Part shown: positions 9,783 through 23,099 of the stretch, in pieces
Layout of the letters: each line of letters starts with the position of its first letter
Numbering within the stretch: position 1 is the stretch's first letter
Assembly: GCA_047638715.1 (NCBI GenBank)
Contig: JBLIMK010000006.1
Span: forward strand, 2,617-66,616
Origin: Verrucomicrobiales bacterium
GTDB lineage: Bacteria > Actinomycetota > Acidimicrobiia > Acidimicrobiales > SHLQ01
Length of the DNA: 64,000 nt
Reading direction: 5' to 3'
The notes under the pieces: model-generated
Told to the model about the DNA's origin: nothing
The model's database searches: none
The model's input: only the letters and a program-made list of their open reading frames with translations
Program-made: the position numbers and the translations under genes

Positions 9783-10519
9783 GGGAGCAATATCTCTCTT
9801 GCGCGGGAGAGTTCGGCGATCCGATCAGCAGCATCGTCTCTCCCGGCGCCGTGATCGGGATGTGCGTCGCGTACAAGACGTCGATAGCTGCGCTGGATGT
9901 CGCGCGGGGCAAAGTCGTCGCCGCCGCCATCGAGTTCGAGGACGCCCATCGCCCAGATCAAGGGATCTGATGCGATCGAGTAAGCGCCGGATCGCATGCG
10001 CATCGCCACGTCAGCACCCACGAGGTGTTCGATGAGGCCAGAACCGACGGGGCCAACCCAATCCAGGCCACGTCGGAGTACCGCCATGATCTCGGTTCGT
10101 CGATCGATCGGTACGCCGCCGACGGCGTAGACCGCCGCGAGCGCTGACTGTGCGGGCAGTCCCTTCGCTGTTTCCAACTCGAACCGAAGGCCATCAGGGC
10201 CCGCTACGAGCCGGTGACGGCTTCGACCCAGCCCGACGCGATCTGCCTGGAGTCGATGACGCAGCCGTGGCTGACCAATCCGTTGCCCCCGCTCGACCTC
10301 GTTCATGAGTGCGAGCATCTCCGCGCGCATTTCTGCATCGAGCTGCGATGCGAAGCGAGCAAGGACCGCACCGAGCAACAACCCACCTGCGCCCGGCGCT
10401 GGATCGGTGGGCAGGTCCGAATCGCCGAGAGCGACACGTCGCGTCGGCGCGATTGGACGCGAATGCCATACCTCGAGGGACGCCAGGATCATCGCGGTCA
10501 AGGGTAGTGAGCCGGCCAA
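9779..10519 (-). CDS. J-domain-containing protein (J domain at C-terminus)
   Basis: C-terminal RSYRRLVRDAHPDHGAGRDDAADRIAELSRAREIL carries the HPD tripeptide of DnaJ-type J domains. The N-terminal ~190 aa have no motif I recognise. Confidence 0.7.
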   Translation of the reverse strand: MAGSLPLTAMILASLEVWHSRPIAPTRRVALGDSDLPTDPAPGAGGLLLGAVLARFASQLDAEMRAEMLALMNEVERGQRIGQPRLRHRLQADRVGLGRSRHRLVAGPDGLRFELETAKGLPAQSALAAVYAVGGVPIDRRTEIMAVLRRGLDWVGPVGSGLIEHLVGADVAMRMRSGAYSIASDPLIWAMGVLELDGGGDDFAPRDIQRSYRRLVRDAHPDHGAGRDDAADRIAELSRAREILLP

Positions 10520-10547
10520 CGGCTGATGCAGCGGGACAAGCCGACGA

Positions 10548-11396
10548 TCACACGACGTCGCGGAGCTCCTCCGACAATGCGGTCGCCCCCTCTAAAACAT
10601 CGTCTTCTCCGCGGTGCTCGTCGGACAGGATCGCGATCATCTGTGTTGCCCGAAGCCGGATCTTCGACCAGCGTCGGCTGTCGAAGCCGAACGGTGTTCG
10701 CACGTCGGACAACACCTCTGCCTTCCTAACCATCGAGATCGTCGCCTTGGCATCCCCGCCGTTTTTGACGAGTTTGTTCGCCAGAACGCGCACGTCGCCT
10801 AACAGATCGTTTAACGCGAGTCCTTCGATTACCTGTGAAGCCTCGCCGAGCTCATCGTCGATGGCGATGCGTTCGGTCACCTGTTCGATGATCTCGTCGG
10901 CCTGTTCCTCGTCCTCTTCGGCAATGACCAGCTCTCCTTCAGCGGAGAACTCGTGGGCGATTCCTGCCAGCCCTAACGCGTCGACGAGCGCCGACTGTGC
11001 CTCGGCGGTCCAATCGTCCATGCCGTAGCCAATCTTGTCGACGTCGGGATCGAGGATTGGTCCATCGGCCGTTTCGGCTTGCTCGACCAAACCATCGACT
11101 CGGTCTTCATCGACTTCTAGGACGATGAGGACTGCGCCTTGCCAACCGTGGCTGATTCCTTCACCGGTCAGCAACCCTTCGAGCATTCGCCGAGCTTCAA
11201 ACGACCATTCGTAGAGCTCGTAGGCGACTTGTGCTTCGTCCTGGCCGCCGACTTCCTCTGGCGGTGTTGGCTTGTCTTCGACCAGCCCGACCCCACACTC
11301 CAAACACTCGGTGACATCTTCGATGTATTCGCGGGAGCATTGGAAGCAATACATGGTTGACATGGCACCGAAAGCTACTCTCTCCATTGCGGTCAC
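10548..11396 (-). CDS. Hypothetical acidic protein with N-terminal zinc-ribbon
   Basis: CFQCSREYIEDVTECLECG (CxxC...CxxC) near the N-terminus, followed by a very acidic D/E-rich body. Good coding bias. The start may be the internal MSTMYC. Confidence 0.6.
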   Translation of the reverse strand: MTAMERVAFGAMSTMYCFQCSREYIEDVTECLECGVGLVEDKPTPPEEVGGQDEAQVAYELYEWSFEARRMLEGLLTGEGISHGWQGAVLIVLEVDEDRVDGLVEQAETADGPILDPDVDKIGYGMDDWTAEAQSALVDALGLAGIAHEFSAEGELVIAEEDEEQADEIIEQVTERIAIDDELGEASQVIEGLALNDLLGDVRVLANKLVKNGGDAKATISMVRKAEVLSDVRTPFGFDSRRWSKIRLRATQMIAILSDEHRGEDDVLEGATALSEELRDVV

Positions 11397-11461
11397 GTCG
11401 GAGCGGGAGCTGCCGATAAAAATAGTGCCGTTTCGAATCTCGCGGTATCACAGGAGACGAT

Positions 11462-12436
11462 ATGTCTGAGCGAACAAATCCCGACCGGAACCTGGCCCTC
11501 GAACTCGTGCGGGTGACCGAGGTTGCGGCGCTCGCCGCGTCACGCTTCATGGGCCGAGGCGACAAAGAAGCTGCCGATGGTGCAGCGGTCGATGCTATGC
11601 GGACCCAGCTATCGGTCGTCGCAATGAACGGCACCGTGATCATCGGCGAGGGCGAGAAGGACGAGGCGCCGATGCTCTTCAACGGCGAACGCATCGGAAA
11701 TGGAGAGCCACCCGAAGTCGATATTGCGGTCGACCCGATCGACGGTACGACGCTCACTGCGCTCGGCCGCGCAAATGCGCTCGCCGTCATAGCGGCATCG
11801 GAGGGTGGCTCGATGTTCGATCCTGGCCCGCTTGTTTACATGGAAAAGATCGCGGTCGGACCCGACGCCGCCGGCGCCATCGACATCACGCGCTCCCCCA
11901 CCGAAAACCTGCAATCGATCGCTGAAGCGAAGAACCAGCCAATCTCCAACCTGACGGCCGTCATCCTCGACCGAGATCGTCATGGAGAGCTGATCAAGGA
12001 AGTCCGCTTGGCGGGGGCAAGAATTCGGTTGATCCCCGATGGAGACGTCGCCGGAGCAATCTCGACCGCCTGGCCCGACTCCGGAGCTGACGTGCTGTTC
12101 GGTATCGGCGGCACGCCCGAGGGTGTCATCTCCGCTGCTGCACTGCGTTGCATGGGTGGAGAACAGCAAGGACTTCTGTGGCCCCGGAACGAAGCGGAAC
12201 GGAGCGAGGCAATCAACGCGGGCTACGACCTCAAGAGGGTCCTGCACATCGAGGACATGGTCAGTTCCGACAACTGCTTTTTCGCCGCCACGGGAATCAC
12301 CGATGGGGATCTCCTCAAAGGTGTGCATTTCGAAGAGGGCGTCGCCAAGACGCAATCACTCGTCATGCGGTCCAAGTCCGGCACCGTCCGTCTAATCGAG
12401 GGACATCACCAGCTCGAGAAGCTCTCAAGGCTTTAA
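11462..12436 (+). CDS. glpX: Class II fructose-1,6-bisphosphatase
   Basis: Full-length GlpX-like sequence: [60 protein letters not shown]. Confidence 0.92.
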   Translation: MSERTNPDRNLALELVRVTEVAALAASRFMGRGDKEAADGAAVDAMRTQLSVVAMNGTVIIGEGEKDEAPMLFNGERIGNGEPPEVDIAVDPIDGTTLTALGRANALAVIAASEGGSMFDPGPLVYMEKIAVGPDAAGAIDITRSPTENLQSIAEAKNQPISNLTAVILDRDRHGELIKEVRLAGARIRLIPDGDVAGAISTAWPDSGADVLFGIGGTPEGVISAAALRCMGGEQQGLLWPRNEAERSEAINAGYDLKRVLHIEDMVSSDNCFFAATGITDGDLLKGVHFEEGVAKTQSLVMRSKSGTVRLIEGHHQLEKLSRL

Positions 12437-12506
12437 CACTGGGCCTCGACTCCTTCGAGCCGCTTCTGCAGCGGGCCCACACCGCCGGCGGAAGTAGGGT
12501 GACCTC

Positions 12507-13130
12507 ATGATCGATCTCACGACCACGTTGCATCACGCAGATACCGGCTTCGAGATTCACAAGGTTGTTGTCGGGCCGGTCGACAACAATGTTTTTGTTC
12601 TGCGATGCACCGAAACCGGTGAGAGTCTGCTGATCGACGCCGCGAATGAGCACGAAAAGCTCCTCGAGCTCGCGAGTGCTCTCAACGTTCGCCGCATCGT
12701 CGAAACACACGGTCATTGGGACCACATCGCCGCTATCCCGGCCATGCGAGACGCCGGCTACTCGGTCGGTGTCACCGAACAAGATTCCTCGATGCTCGAC
12801 AGCTACGACGAGATCCTCGAAGACGACACGATGATCGACGTTGGCCGACTTCGGCTCCAGACGATCCACGCTCCCGGACACACGACGGGTTCGATGTCGT
12901 TCAAACTCGAAGGCTCGCCAATCCTGTTCAGCGGCGACACGCTTTTCCCAGGCGGCGCAGGAGCAACGAAGTTCCCCGGCGGCGATTTCGCCACCATCAT
13001 GCATTCGATCGAAGATCGCTTCTACCGCGTCCTCGATGACGACTGCCTCGTCCTGCCCGGCCACGGCGACGACACGACGATCGGTACCGAGAAACCACAC
13101 TTCGACGAATGGGTCGCCCGAGGCTGGTAG
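12507..13130 (+). CDS. MBL-fold metallo-hydrolase (glyoxalase II-like)
   Basis: Metal-binding motif ETHGHWDHIAA (HxHxDH), later PGHTTGS and GDTLFPGG. Confidence 0.85.
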   Translation: MIDLTTTLHHADTGFEIHKVVVGPVDNNVFVLRCTETGESLLIDAANEHEKLLELASALNVRRIVETHGHWDHIAAIPAMRDAGYSVGVTEQDSSMLDSYDEILEDDTMIDVGRLRLQTIHAPGHTTGSMSFKLEGSPILFSGDTLFPGGAGATKFPGGDFATIMHSIEDRFYRVLDDDCLVLPGHGDDTTIGTEKPHFDEWVARGW

Positions 13131-13131
13131 T

Positions 13132-14000
13132 TCAGGCAGGATTCCGGCCTCGCGGTGCGACTTCTTCGACTGTGGCCGGTCTGGTATGCCAGGTCCCGGC
13201 GGGTTTTCGATAGAGGGTGAGTTTGTTGTCGTGAAGCCAATGGTGGATCGCGACCGACACCATTGCGAGTTCGGTGATGTTCGTTTTGCCTTTGATCGGC
13301 GCTTCGAACGGAAGGACGTGATGCGCTTCGCACTTCGCCGGATCAGCTCCGGTGAGCACACACCCGCCATCGCGGATCAGGAGTGCTCGCCATTGGGCGT
13401 CGGTGCAGCGGCGGACCTTGCGACCATGGAACAACGGATGTTGACCGGTCGGGTCGAAGAGGATTCGGTCGGCGCTTTACGGCCGGGGCAATCACATGAG
13501 TTCGACGCCGACGGATCAGCTGAGCGTGACGTTTCGGGAGTTGGTTGTGGCATTTCACGATCGGGCTGGTTGTCGACATCGGCGCACCTCGTTTGCTTCG
13601 CCCGATCTTCGTCTTGAGATTCGACCCGTCCGAGCAAGGTTGCGTCGCCGTTGACGTCGGCAGCGGAGGTCTTCTTCGCCGCTGGAAGGTCCTTGAGCGC
13701 AGCGGCGGTGTCAGCGTTCTTGTTGGACGCCGAATGCGACGCTCTGCCGTGCTTCTTCTGGGCATCGACCGGGTCGCCACCAAGAGATTCGATAGCGGCG
13801 AGCACATTCGACCGGCGCACAGCGACCTGAGCGTCGACGGCAGCCAGCATCGCAACCACTTCATGCAGCCGGGAGCCTTCGAGATGCGAAACGTCCAAGC
13901 CAGCTACCCATGCTCCAAAGCCGGACATACGCACACGAACGTCGTCGAACGAAGTAACACCTACCCCTTCACTTGTCGAGCCCTCGGTCCACTTAGCCAT
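13132..14000 (-). pseudogene. Disrupted DUF222 / HNH endonuclease gene (REP13E12-like family)
   Basis: The 3' part encodes an intact-looking HNH region (QWRALLIRDGGCVLTGADPAKCEAHHVLPF). Extending the same frame upstream gives ADRILFDPTGQHP but hits in-frame TAA and TGA near 13478-13495. The DUF222-like N-terminal part (MAKWTEG...LAAVDAQVAVRRSNVLAAIESLGG) lies in another frame. Confidence 0.7.
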
Positions 14001-14070
14001 CACCACTTGAACTCGCCCCCGAAACTGCACGCGTACCGAGCGAGCTACCACCGATGGCTGAACGGCGAGG

Positions 14071-14158
14071 GCTAGGCCCGAAGCAATACACAGAGCGGTT
14101 TTGGAGCGCCAGCGACGAAAGCGTGGTTTGCGAGGGCCGCTAGGCCCGAAGCAATACA
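14071..14158. repeat. Perfect 20-nt direct repeat GCTAGGCCCGAAGCAATACA (14071-14090 and 14139-14158)
   Basis: Read directly from the sequence. Both copies are preceded by CGAGGG, and they lie in the divergent intergenic region between the HNH pseudogene and sufC'. Confidence 0.8.
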
Positions 14159-14164
14159 TAGACT
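14159..14164 (+). promoter_or_regulatory. Candidate -10 hexamer TAGACT for a leaderless sufC' transcript
   Basis: Fits the actinobacterial TANNNT consensus. It ends 6 nt before ATG 14171, and there is no Shine-Dalgarno between them. Confidence 0.3.
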
Positions 14165-14170
14165 TGATGT

Positions 14171-14925
14171 ATGGCCGCTCCGTTGTTCGAACTCACCAAC
14201 GTGCACATCTCCACGCCTGACGGAATCGAGATCGTCAAAGGAGTCGATCTCACGGTCGACGCTGGCGAAGTGCATGCACTCATGGGACCGAACGGTTGCG
14301 GCAAATCAACGCTCGCCGCAGCGCTTGCCGGTAGCCCCGAATACGAGATCACCGCCGGCACGGTCAAGCTGCATGGCGACGATATTGTCGACTGGGACCC
14401 CGACGTGCGAGCTCGCGCCGGGATCTTCCTCGCCTTTCAATATCCGCAGGCGATACCTGGCGTGTCGGTTAGAAACTTCTTGCAGCAAGCAGTGCAGGCA
14501 CGGACGGGGAAAGACGTCTCGACGATCGAGATCTACATGTCCCTGACGGAGTGGATGGAAACACTCGGCATGGACACGGCGTTCATGGATCGATTCCTCA
14601 ACGAGGGATTCAGCGGTGGCGAGAAGAAACGAAACGAAATCTTGCAGCTGGCACTCCTCGAGCCGGAGATCGCGATCCTTGACGAAACCGACTCAGGGCT
14701 CGATATCGACGCACTTCGCATCGTCGCCGAAGGTGTCCAGGCAGTCCGAGCAAAGAAGACGGATATCGGCATCCTGACCATCACCCACTACCAGCGGCTT
14801 CTCGACCACCTGCGTCCAGACCACGTGCACATCATGCGCGACGGAAAGATCGTGCAATCCGGGGGCATGGAACTCGTCGAGACCATCGAGGCGGACGGCT
14901 TTGATTCGTTCGCCGGAGCCGACTG

Positions 14926-14926
<1 letters not shown>
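14171..14926 (+). CDS. sufC: Fe-S cluster assembly ATPase SufC (paralogue 1)
   Basis: Walker A GPNGCGKST, ABC signature FSGGEKKRNEILQ, Walker B ILDETDSGLD, and H-loop ITHY. Followed by sufS with a 1-nt overlap. Confidence 0.85.
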
Positions 14927-16164
<1,238 letters not shown>

Positions 16165-16179
16165 AAAGAACAGACCCTC

Positions 16180-16704
16180 ATGGCTGGCCTCGACGACCTC
16201 TACAAAGACATCATTCTCGATCACTATCGAAATCCACGGAATCGCGGCGAACTCCCACCTCCAGCGTGCAAAGCGGAAGGTTTCAACCCGTTGTGCGGAG
16301 ACGAGATCGTGCTCTACGTCAGCATCGACGACGACGGTGTGATCACCGACATTGCGACCGGTGGTCAGGGATGCTCAATCAGTCAATCGTCGGCTTCGAT
16401 GATGTCGGCAGCCGTGAAGGGCAAGACGGTCGAAGAAGCCCGTGAAATAACCGAGAAGTTCAAGGCCATGATGTCGATCCCTGGAAAGTCTTCCGAGGAC
16501 TCACCAAGCGCCGAAGCTATTGCAGCAGCGAAGGCATCTGCCGGTTCAACAGACGTTAGTAGCGTCTCGACGGCTCCCGGAAAGCTGGATCTCTCCATGG
16601 GCGACCTCTCGGCGTTGCGAGGCGTGGTCAGGTTCCCGGTTCGCATCAAATGCGCAGTTCTTTCATGGAACACACTGCTCGAAGCGTTCGAGCAGGCCTC
16701 CTAG
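16180..16704 (+). CDS. sufU: SufU/IscU-like sulfur-transfer/scaffold protein
   Basis: HYRNPRNRG, NPLCGDEI, GCSISQSSASMM and RIKCAVLSW motifs. Contains a longer-than-usual Ser/Ala-rich insert before the last Cys. Confidence 0.85.
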   Translation: MAGLDDLYKDIILDHYRNPRNRGELPPPACKAEGFNPLCGDEIVLYVSIDDDGVITDIATGGQGCSISQSSASMMSAAVKGKTVEEAREITEKFKAMMSIPGKSSEDSPSAEAIAAAKASAGSTDVSSVSTAPGKLDLSMGDLSALRGVVRFPVRIKCAVLSWNTLLEAFEQAS

Positions 16705-16713
16705 GAGCACCCG

Positions 16714-19230
<2,517 letters not shown>

Positions 19231-19251
19231 GCTGATCGGCAACCACGGGGT

Positions 19252-20070
19252 TTAGCCCTCGTGAAGGTGGAGGTCCTCAGCGAACGTCGTGTCACCAAAG
19301 GGATTGTGGAATGCAGCGAACCCCGTGTCTTGTTCGACGGTGTGCGCCCACTCGCCATAGCCGGTCTTTTCGAGTTCCTCGGCAAGTTCTGGGCCACCCG
19401 AGGTTTGGATGATTCCAGCGGCAAAAACGTGGACCCGATCTGGTTTTAGCTCTTCGAAGAGTCGCTTGTAGTGGGTGATCGCCAAAACACCGAGCGGCTC
19501 ATCGGCATTCGTTGCCTCTTCGACACGCCTGGTAACCGCACGCATCGCGTCCACATCAAGCCCCGAGTCGATCTCGTCAAGGATGGCAAACTTCGGAGCG
19601 AGGACGCCGAGCTGGACCGTTTCATTGCGCTTCTTCTCGCCTCCGGAAAGGTCGACGTTGAGCGGCCGCGTGATGAGTGCAGGATCGAAGCCGATCCGTT
19701 CTGCCTCCGAAGCAATGTTTGCTCGCACGGCAAGTTCATCGCGGCCGGCGGCAACCGCAGAGGCTGACAACATTGCTTCGAGCGAGACACCAGGGACCGG
19801 GGTCGGATATTGCATTGCCAGAAAGAGTCCGGCGCGTGCTCGCTCCCATGCGGCAAGTTCGAGGAGTTGCACACCATCGAGGGTGACCGAGCCGCTGGTG
19901 ACCGTGTAGCCAGGTTTGCCGGTGATGACGTGACTGAGTGTCGACTTTCCGGAGCCATTTGGGCCCATGACGGCATGAACTTCGCCGCTTCGGATCGTCA
20001 GCGATACCCCGTTGATAATTTTCTTCTTGCCCACCGAGGCGTGCAGATCGGAAATCACGAGCTCGCTCAT
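19252..20070 (-). CDS. sufC: Fe-S cluster assembly ATPase SufC (paralogue 2, with C-terminal extension)
   Basis: Walker A GPNGSGKST, LSGGEKKRNETVQ, ILDEIDSGLD and ITHY. Has a ~30-aa tail (WAHTVEQDTGFAAFHNPFGDTTFAEDLHLHEG) that is absent from paralogue 1. Confidence 0.9.
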   Translation of the reverse strand: MSELVISDLHASVGKKKIINGVSLTIRSGEVHAVMGPNGSGKSTLSHVITGKPGYTVTSGSVTLDGVQLLELAAWERARAGLFLAMQYPTPVPGVSLEAMLSASAVAAGRDELAVRANIASEAERIGFDPALITRPLNVDLSGGEKKRNETVQLGVLAPKFAILDEIDSGLDVDAMRAVTRRVEEATNADEPLGVLAITHYKRLFEELKPDRVHVFAAGIIQTSGGPELAEELEKTGYGEWAHTVEQDTGFAAFHNPFGDTTFAEDLHLHEG

Positions 20071-20405
20071 TTTTCGTCTCCGTGGATCGTTACGAAGACT
20101 TCGGTGCCGCGAACTTCGACCTCATGGCCAGCAACAGGCTTCGTCGCTGGAAACGTGAGCGCTGCTCCAGTTTCGAGAGAAAAAAGCGCACCGTGGCGAG
20201 GACACTCGATCGTTCGATCGTCGGGCTCGAGATAGCCGCCAGCGAGCGACACTTGTGCATGGCTACACGTGTCGTCGATCGCGAACCATTCGTCGTCAAT
20301 CCGGGCATACGCGATCGCACGTCCATCGATTTCGGCTACTCGGACATCGCCACTCGTTAACGAATCGACGTCGCACAACTTGACCGTGCTGGGATCGGTG
20401 CTCAT
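20067..20405 (-). CDS. Rieske [2Fe-2S] ferredoxin-like protein
   Basis: CSHAQVSL...CPRHGALF (CxH...CxxH Rieske ligands). 4-nt overlaps with both sufD and sufC. Confidence 0.85.
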   Translation of the reverse strand: MSTDPSTVKLCDVDSLTSGDVRVAEIDGRAIAYARIDDEWFAIDDTCSHAQVSLAGGYLEPDDRTIECPRHGALFSLETGAALTFPATKPVAGHEVEVRGTEVFVTIHGDEK

Positions 20406-21652
20406 GAGGCGACCTCCGATGCGGCTCGATCTGCGGCGAGGGCGTCGTCGATGATGGATTGCATCTCGCTCCTGACAGCCTCGACCGGCAGCAGCGCAAT
20501 TACTTCGGCGAAGAAACCCGAGACGAGCAGCTGTTCGGCAACAACCGTGGGCACGCCTCTGCTCTCGAGGTAGAAGCGCTGATCTTCATCGATCTCGCCG
20601 ACCGTCGAGGCATGACTGCACGACACTTGGTTCTGCTCGATCTCAAGGTTCGGCACCGAGTAGGCCCAGGCACCTTTGGAGAGTTTGAGGTTTCGGTTGG
20701 TCTGGAAGGCATTTGTTCCCGGGGCGCTCTCGGCGACCTTGATCAGCCCGGTGTACACGGACTGGGCGTCACCGGTCACGGCTCCCTTGAAGAGAAGATT
20801 CGAGGTTGTGTCCGGTGCAGCGTGTTCTTGGAAAGTACGAAAGTCGAGCATCTGTGACCCGTCGCCGAAGTAGGCCGACAGCAGATCGCCGCTCGCTCCC
20901 TGGCCAATGAGACGACAGTCGGCACGGGTTCGAGCGTAGGAACCACCAAAAGCCGCAACCGAGGACATGACGTGGGCCTGCTTATCGGCCTGAGCAATGT
21001 GGTGTTCGAGGCATGCAGTATTGGGTCCGAGTTGTTGAATTGTAAGGTATGCGACACGAGCATCCGGCGAAGCAGCGAGCTCGACCGTCGGTACCACGAG
21101 CTGTGATGCATCTGCTGAACGCCGACGTTCCAAGACGGTCACGGCCGCACCGTTGCCGGCGCGAATGATCGTGTGCGGACAGGTCAGCCCGCCCTCGAGA
21201 TCGGAGTACACGTCGATGACGATCGGCGAATCGATATGGGCTCCACGTGGCACGTCGATGACAACCGCATCGGAGATATTCGCATCGTGCAAATGTGCAA
21301 CTGCGTCGATAGGTAGACCACGCACGCTGTTGAGTAGCGCTTCCCCATCGGCGTGCTCGCTGATGGTTTGTACGGTCGCATTGCCCAATGAATCGGCTCG
21401 GTCGATCGAGACGACACGGCCGTCGCGAACGACGACGGTTGCCGCAGCACCGCTTATCTCGAGCGGGTCGATCATCGAACTTGCGAACTCGGGAGCGACG
21501 AACGCGGAGAGGTCGATTTCGGAAATGCGGCTGTAGCGCCAGACTTCGTCGGCATCGGAAGGGGCCTCGGCATCCGCGAAACGCGTGGCGGCCAAGGCTC
21601 GCAACGCGTCGAGCCACGGGGCGAGGGTCAAGGCAGTAGACATGGCCCCCAA
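20402..21652 (-). CDS. sufD: Fe-S cluster assembly protein SufD
   Basis: Length, position and C-terminal beta-helix region (NLLFKGAVTGDAQSVYTGLIKV...AFQTNRNL...IEQNQVSCSHASTVG) are typical of SufD. Confidence 0.85.
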   Translation of the reverse strand: MGAMSTALTLAPWLDALRALAATRFADAEAPSDADEVWRYSRISEIDLSAFVAPEFASSMIDPLEISGAAATVVVRDGRVVSIDRADSLGNATVQTISEHADGEALLNSVRGLPIDAVAHLHDANISDAVVIDVPRGAHIDSPIVIDVYSDLEGGLTCPHTIIRAGNGAAVTVLERRRSADASQLVVPTVELAASPDARVAYLTIQQLGPNTACLEHHIAQADKQAHVMSSVAAFGGSYARTRADCRLIGQGASGDLLSAYFGDGSQMLDFRTFQEHAAPDTTSNLLFKGAVTGDAQSVYTGLIKVAESAPGTNAFQTNRNLKLSKGAWAYSVPNLEIEQNQVSCSHASTVGEIDEDQRFYLESRGVPTVVAEQLLVSGFFAEVIALLPVEAVRSEMQSIIDDALAADRAASEVAS

Positions 21653-21693
21653 GACTATCGGCGGGATTACTCAGAAAGCCTTGCGCCAAGAGG

Positions 21694-22068
21694 TCACTCG
21701 CGCTTCTTACGACGGTCGAAGAATTTGGAGATACGACCCCTTTGGGATCGCTCTTGTTCAGCGAGGCGCTTGGCATCGACCTCAGCGCGAATCTCTGGGC
21801 CAGCGTTGTTCACAATGTCCTCAGCAGCGTCGAGGAGCGCGGCGATACTGGCGTCCTCGCCGAGGCCCTCGGGCTCGGGCGGTGTCGCAGGGGTGACGAG
21901 TGTTCCGTGACTCCAGGCAACGTCGGCAAGGCGGCGGTCGTATTTCGGACAATCGTCGGGACAGCGCCAGGGTGCTTCCGGCGCGAGATCGAGGTCGCAC
22001 TTGCGAACGGTGTCCCCGCTCGGGTATGAACGGCTCTCGAAATACTTGCAGTCCTGTCTCATCGGCAT
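21694..22068 (-). CDS. Hypothetical Cys-rich small protein
   Basis: MPMRQDCKYFESRSYPSGDTVRKCDLDLAPEAPWRCPDDCPKY has 4 Cys in the first 40 aa, followed by a charged helical tail. Good coding bias. Sits between the sugar transferase gene and sufD. Confidence 0.55.
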   Translation of the reverse strand: MPMRQDCKYFESRSYPSGDTVRKCDLDLAPEAPWRCPDDCPKYDRRLADVAWSHGTLVTPATPPEPEGLGEDASIAALLDAAEDIVNNAGPEIRAEVDAKRLAEQERSQRGRISKFFDRRKKRE

Positions 22069-22141
22069 ACACCCATGATGCCGTACGAGAGCGGTCAGCC
22101 GACAGCGCTGAGCGCGAACTTCCCGGGATCTTTCAGAATAT

Positions 22142-22852
22142 TCAGGATCCTGAAGACGCGCCGAGCATCACGATTATGGTCCTCGCGAGAAAACGAAGGT
22201 CGCTTCCGAACGTCAACGAGTTCACATATTCGACGTCGAGTTCGAGGCCGTCGCGAAGGTCACCGTTATATCGAAGATCCGACACCTGATAGGGCCCCGT
22301 CATACCGGGCCGTACTTCGTGTCGTACGTGGCGAAGGTAACCCCGCTGTTTCGCTACCCCCACGAGCTCAGGGCGTGGGCCCACAAGGCTCATCTCGCCG
22401 CGCAGCACGTTGATGAGCTGTGGCAACTCGTCAAGGCTGAGCTTTCGGAGAAGGCGACCAAAGCCCGTATGTCGAGGGTCGTTGTCGTCTTTGTGGGTGT
22501 TGCGCCGGTCTGTATCGTCTGGCAATTCGACTTCGGACTGACGGCGATCGGGTCGCATTGTTCTGAACTTGTAGATCGTAAACGGCGCACCACCAACGCC
22601 GATCCTCTGTTGGGAGTACAAGACGCTCTTTCCGAGTCCGAAGCGCACCGCGACCGCAACTCCAAGAAACGCGGGCGATGACAGGAGCAGAAAGAATGAG
22701 CCAAGCACGATGTCGAATGGTCGTTTAAGGCGTCGTTCATACAACGACTGCGCGCGGACGACTCGAAGGTCCTCGGACGGCACAAATATGAGGCCGTCCG
22801 ATGCGCTATCTATCCTGTTTACGTTGTCCAACATCTTCTTCTCACCCGTCAC
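22142..22852 (-). CDS. Small monotopic phosphoglycosyl transferase (bacterial sugar transferase, WbaP/PglC-like)
   Basis: KRPFDIVLGSFFLLLSSPAFL re-entrant helix, FTIYKFRTM, and DELPQLINVLRGEMSLVGPRP. Confidence 0.88.
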   Translation of the reverse strand: MTGEKKMLDNVNRIDSASDGLIFVPSEDLRVVRAQSLYERRLKRPFDIVLGSFFLLLSSPAFLGVAVAVRFGLGKSVLYSQQRIGVGGAPFTIYKFRTMRPDRRQSEVELPDDTDRRNTHKDDNDPRHTGFGRLLRKLSLDELPQLINVLRGEMSLVGPRPELVGVAKQRGYLRHVRHEVRPGMTGPYQVSDLRYNGDLRDGLELDVEYVNSLTFGSDLRFLARTIIVMLGASSGS

Positions 22853-23099
22853 TCAGTGAGGTGACAAATTCACTGTACGTCACAAGCCATAACCCTTGCC
22901 TGGGGGAAAAGGCCTAACCGGTCCCACCAAGAGTGGACTTTCGGCCACTTTCGACAGCGTGGCGTACCCGCGGCATCATAGGGCCGCGGTAGCTTCGACG
23001 CTTCATCCGACGCTTGGAAGCTGGCGAACAAGGCGCGCAAACGGGCGGGTATTCCGAACACTCGCTGCATCTAGCCGACAGATCTCGCCGACAGGTCTC

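Noticed and set aside
13132-14000. HNH/DUF222 gene as an active mobile element or homing endonuclease
   Set aside because: The reading frame is interrupted by in-frame stops and a frame change. No transposase, integrase, terminal inverted repeats or att-like duplications bracket it. It is recorded as a pseudogene only.
14072-14367. Small minus-strand ORFs (14072..14275, 14140..14367) covering the 20-nt repeats and the sufC' start
   Set aside because: They overlap the sufC' coding region antisense and span the intergenic repeat. They have no support beyond being open.
23074-23099. Tandem 13-mer GCCGACAGATCTC / GCCGACAGGTCTC immediately after the sufB stop
   Set aside because: It is a short two-copy repeat with no hairpin potential and no U-tract. 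I could not tie it to a function, and it may be chance.
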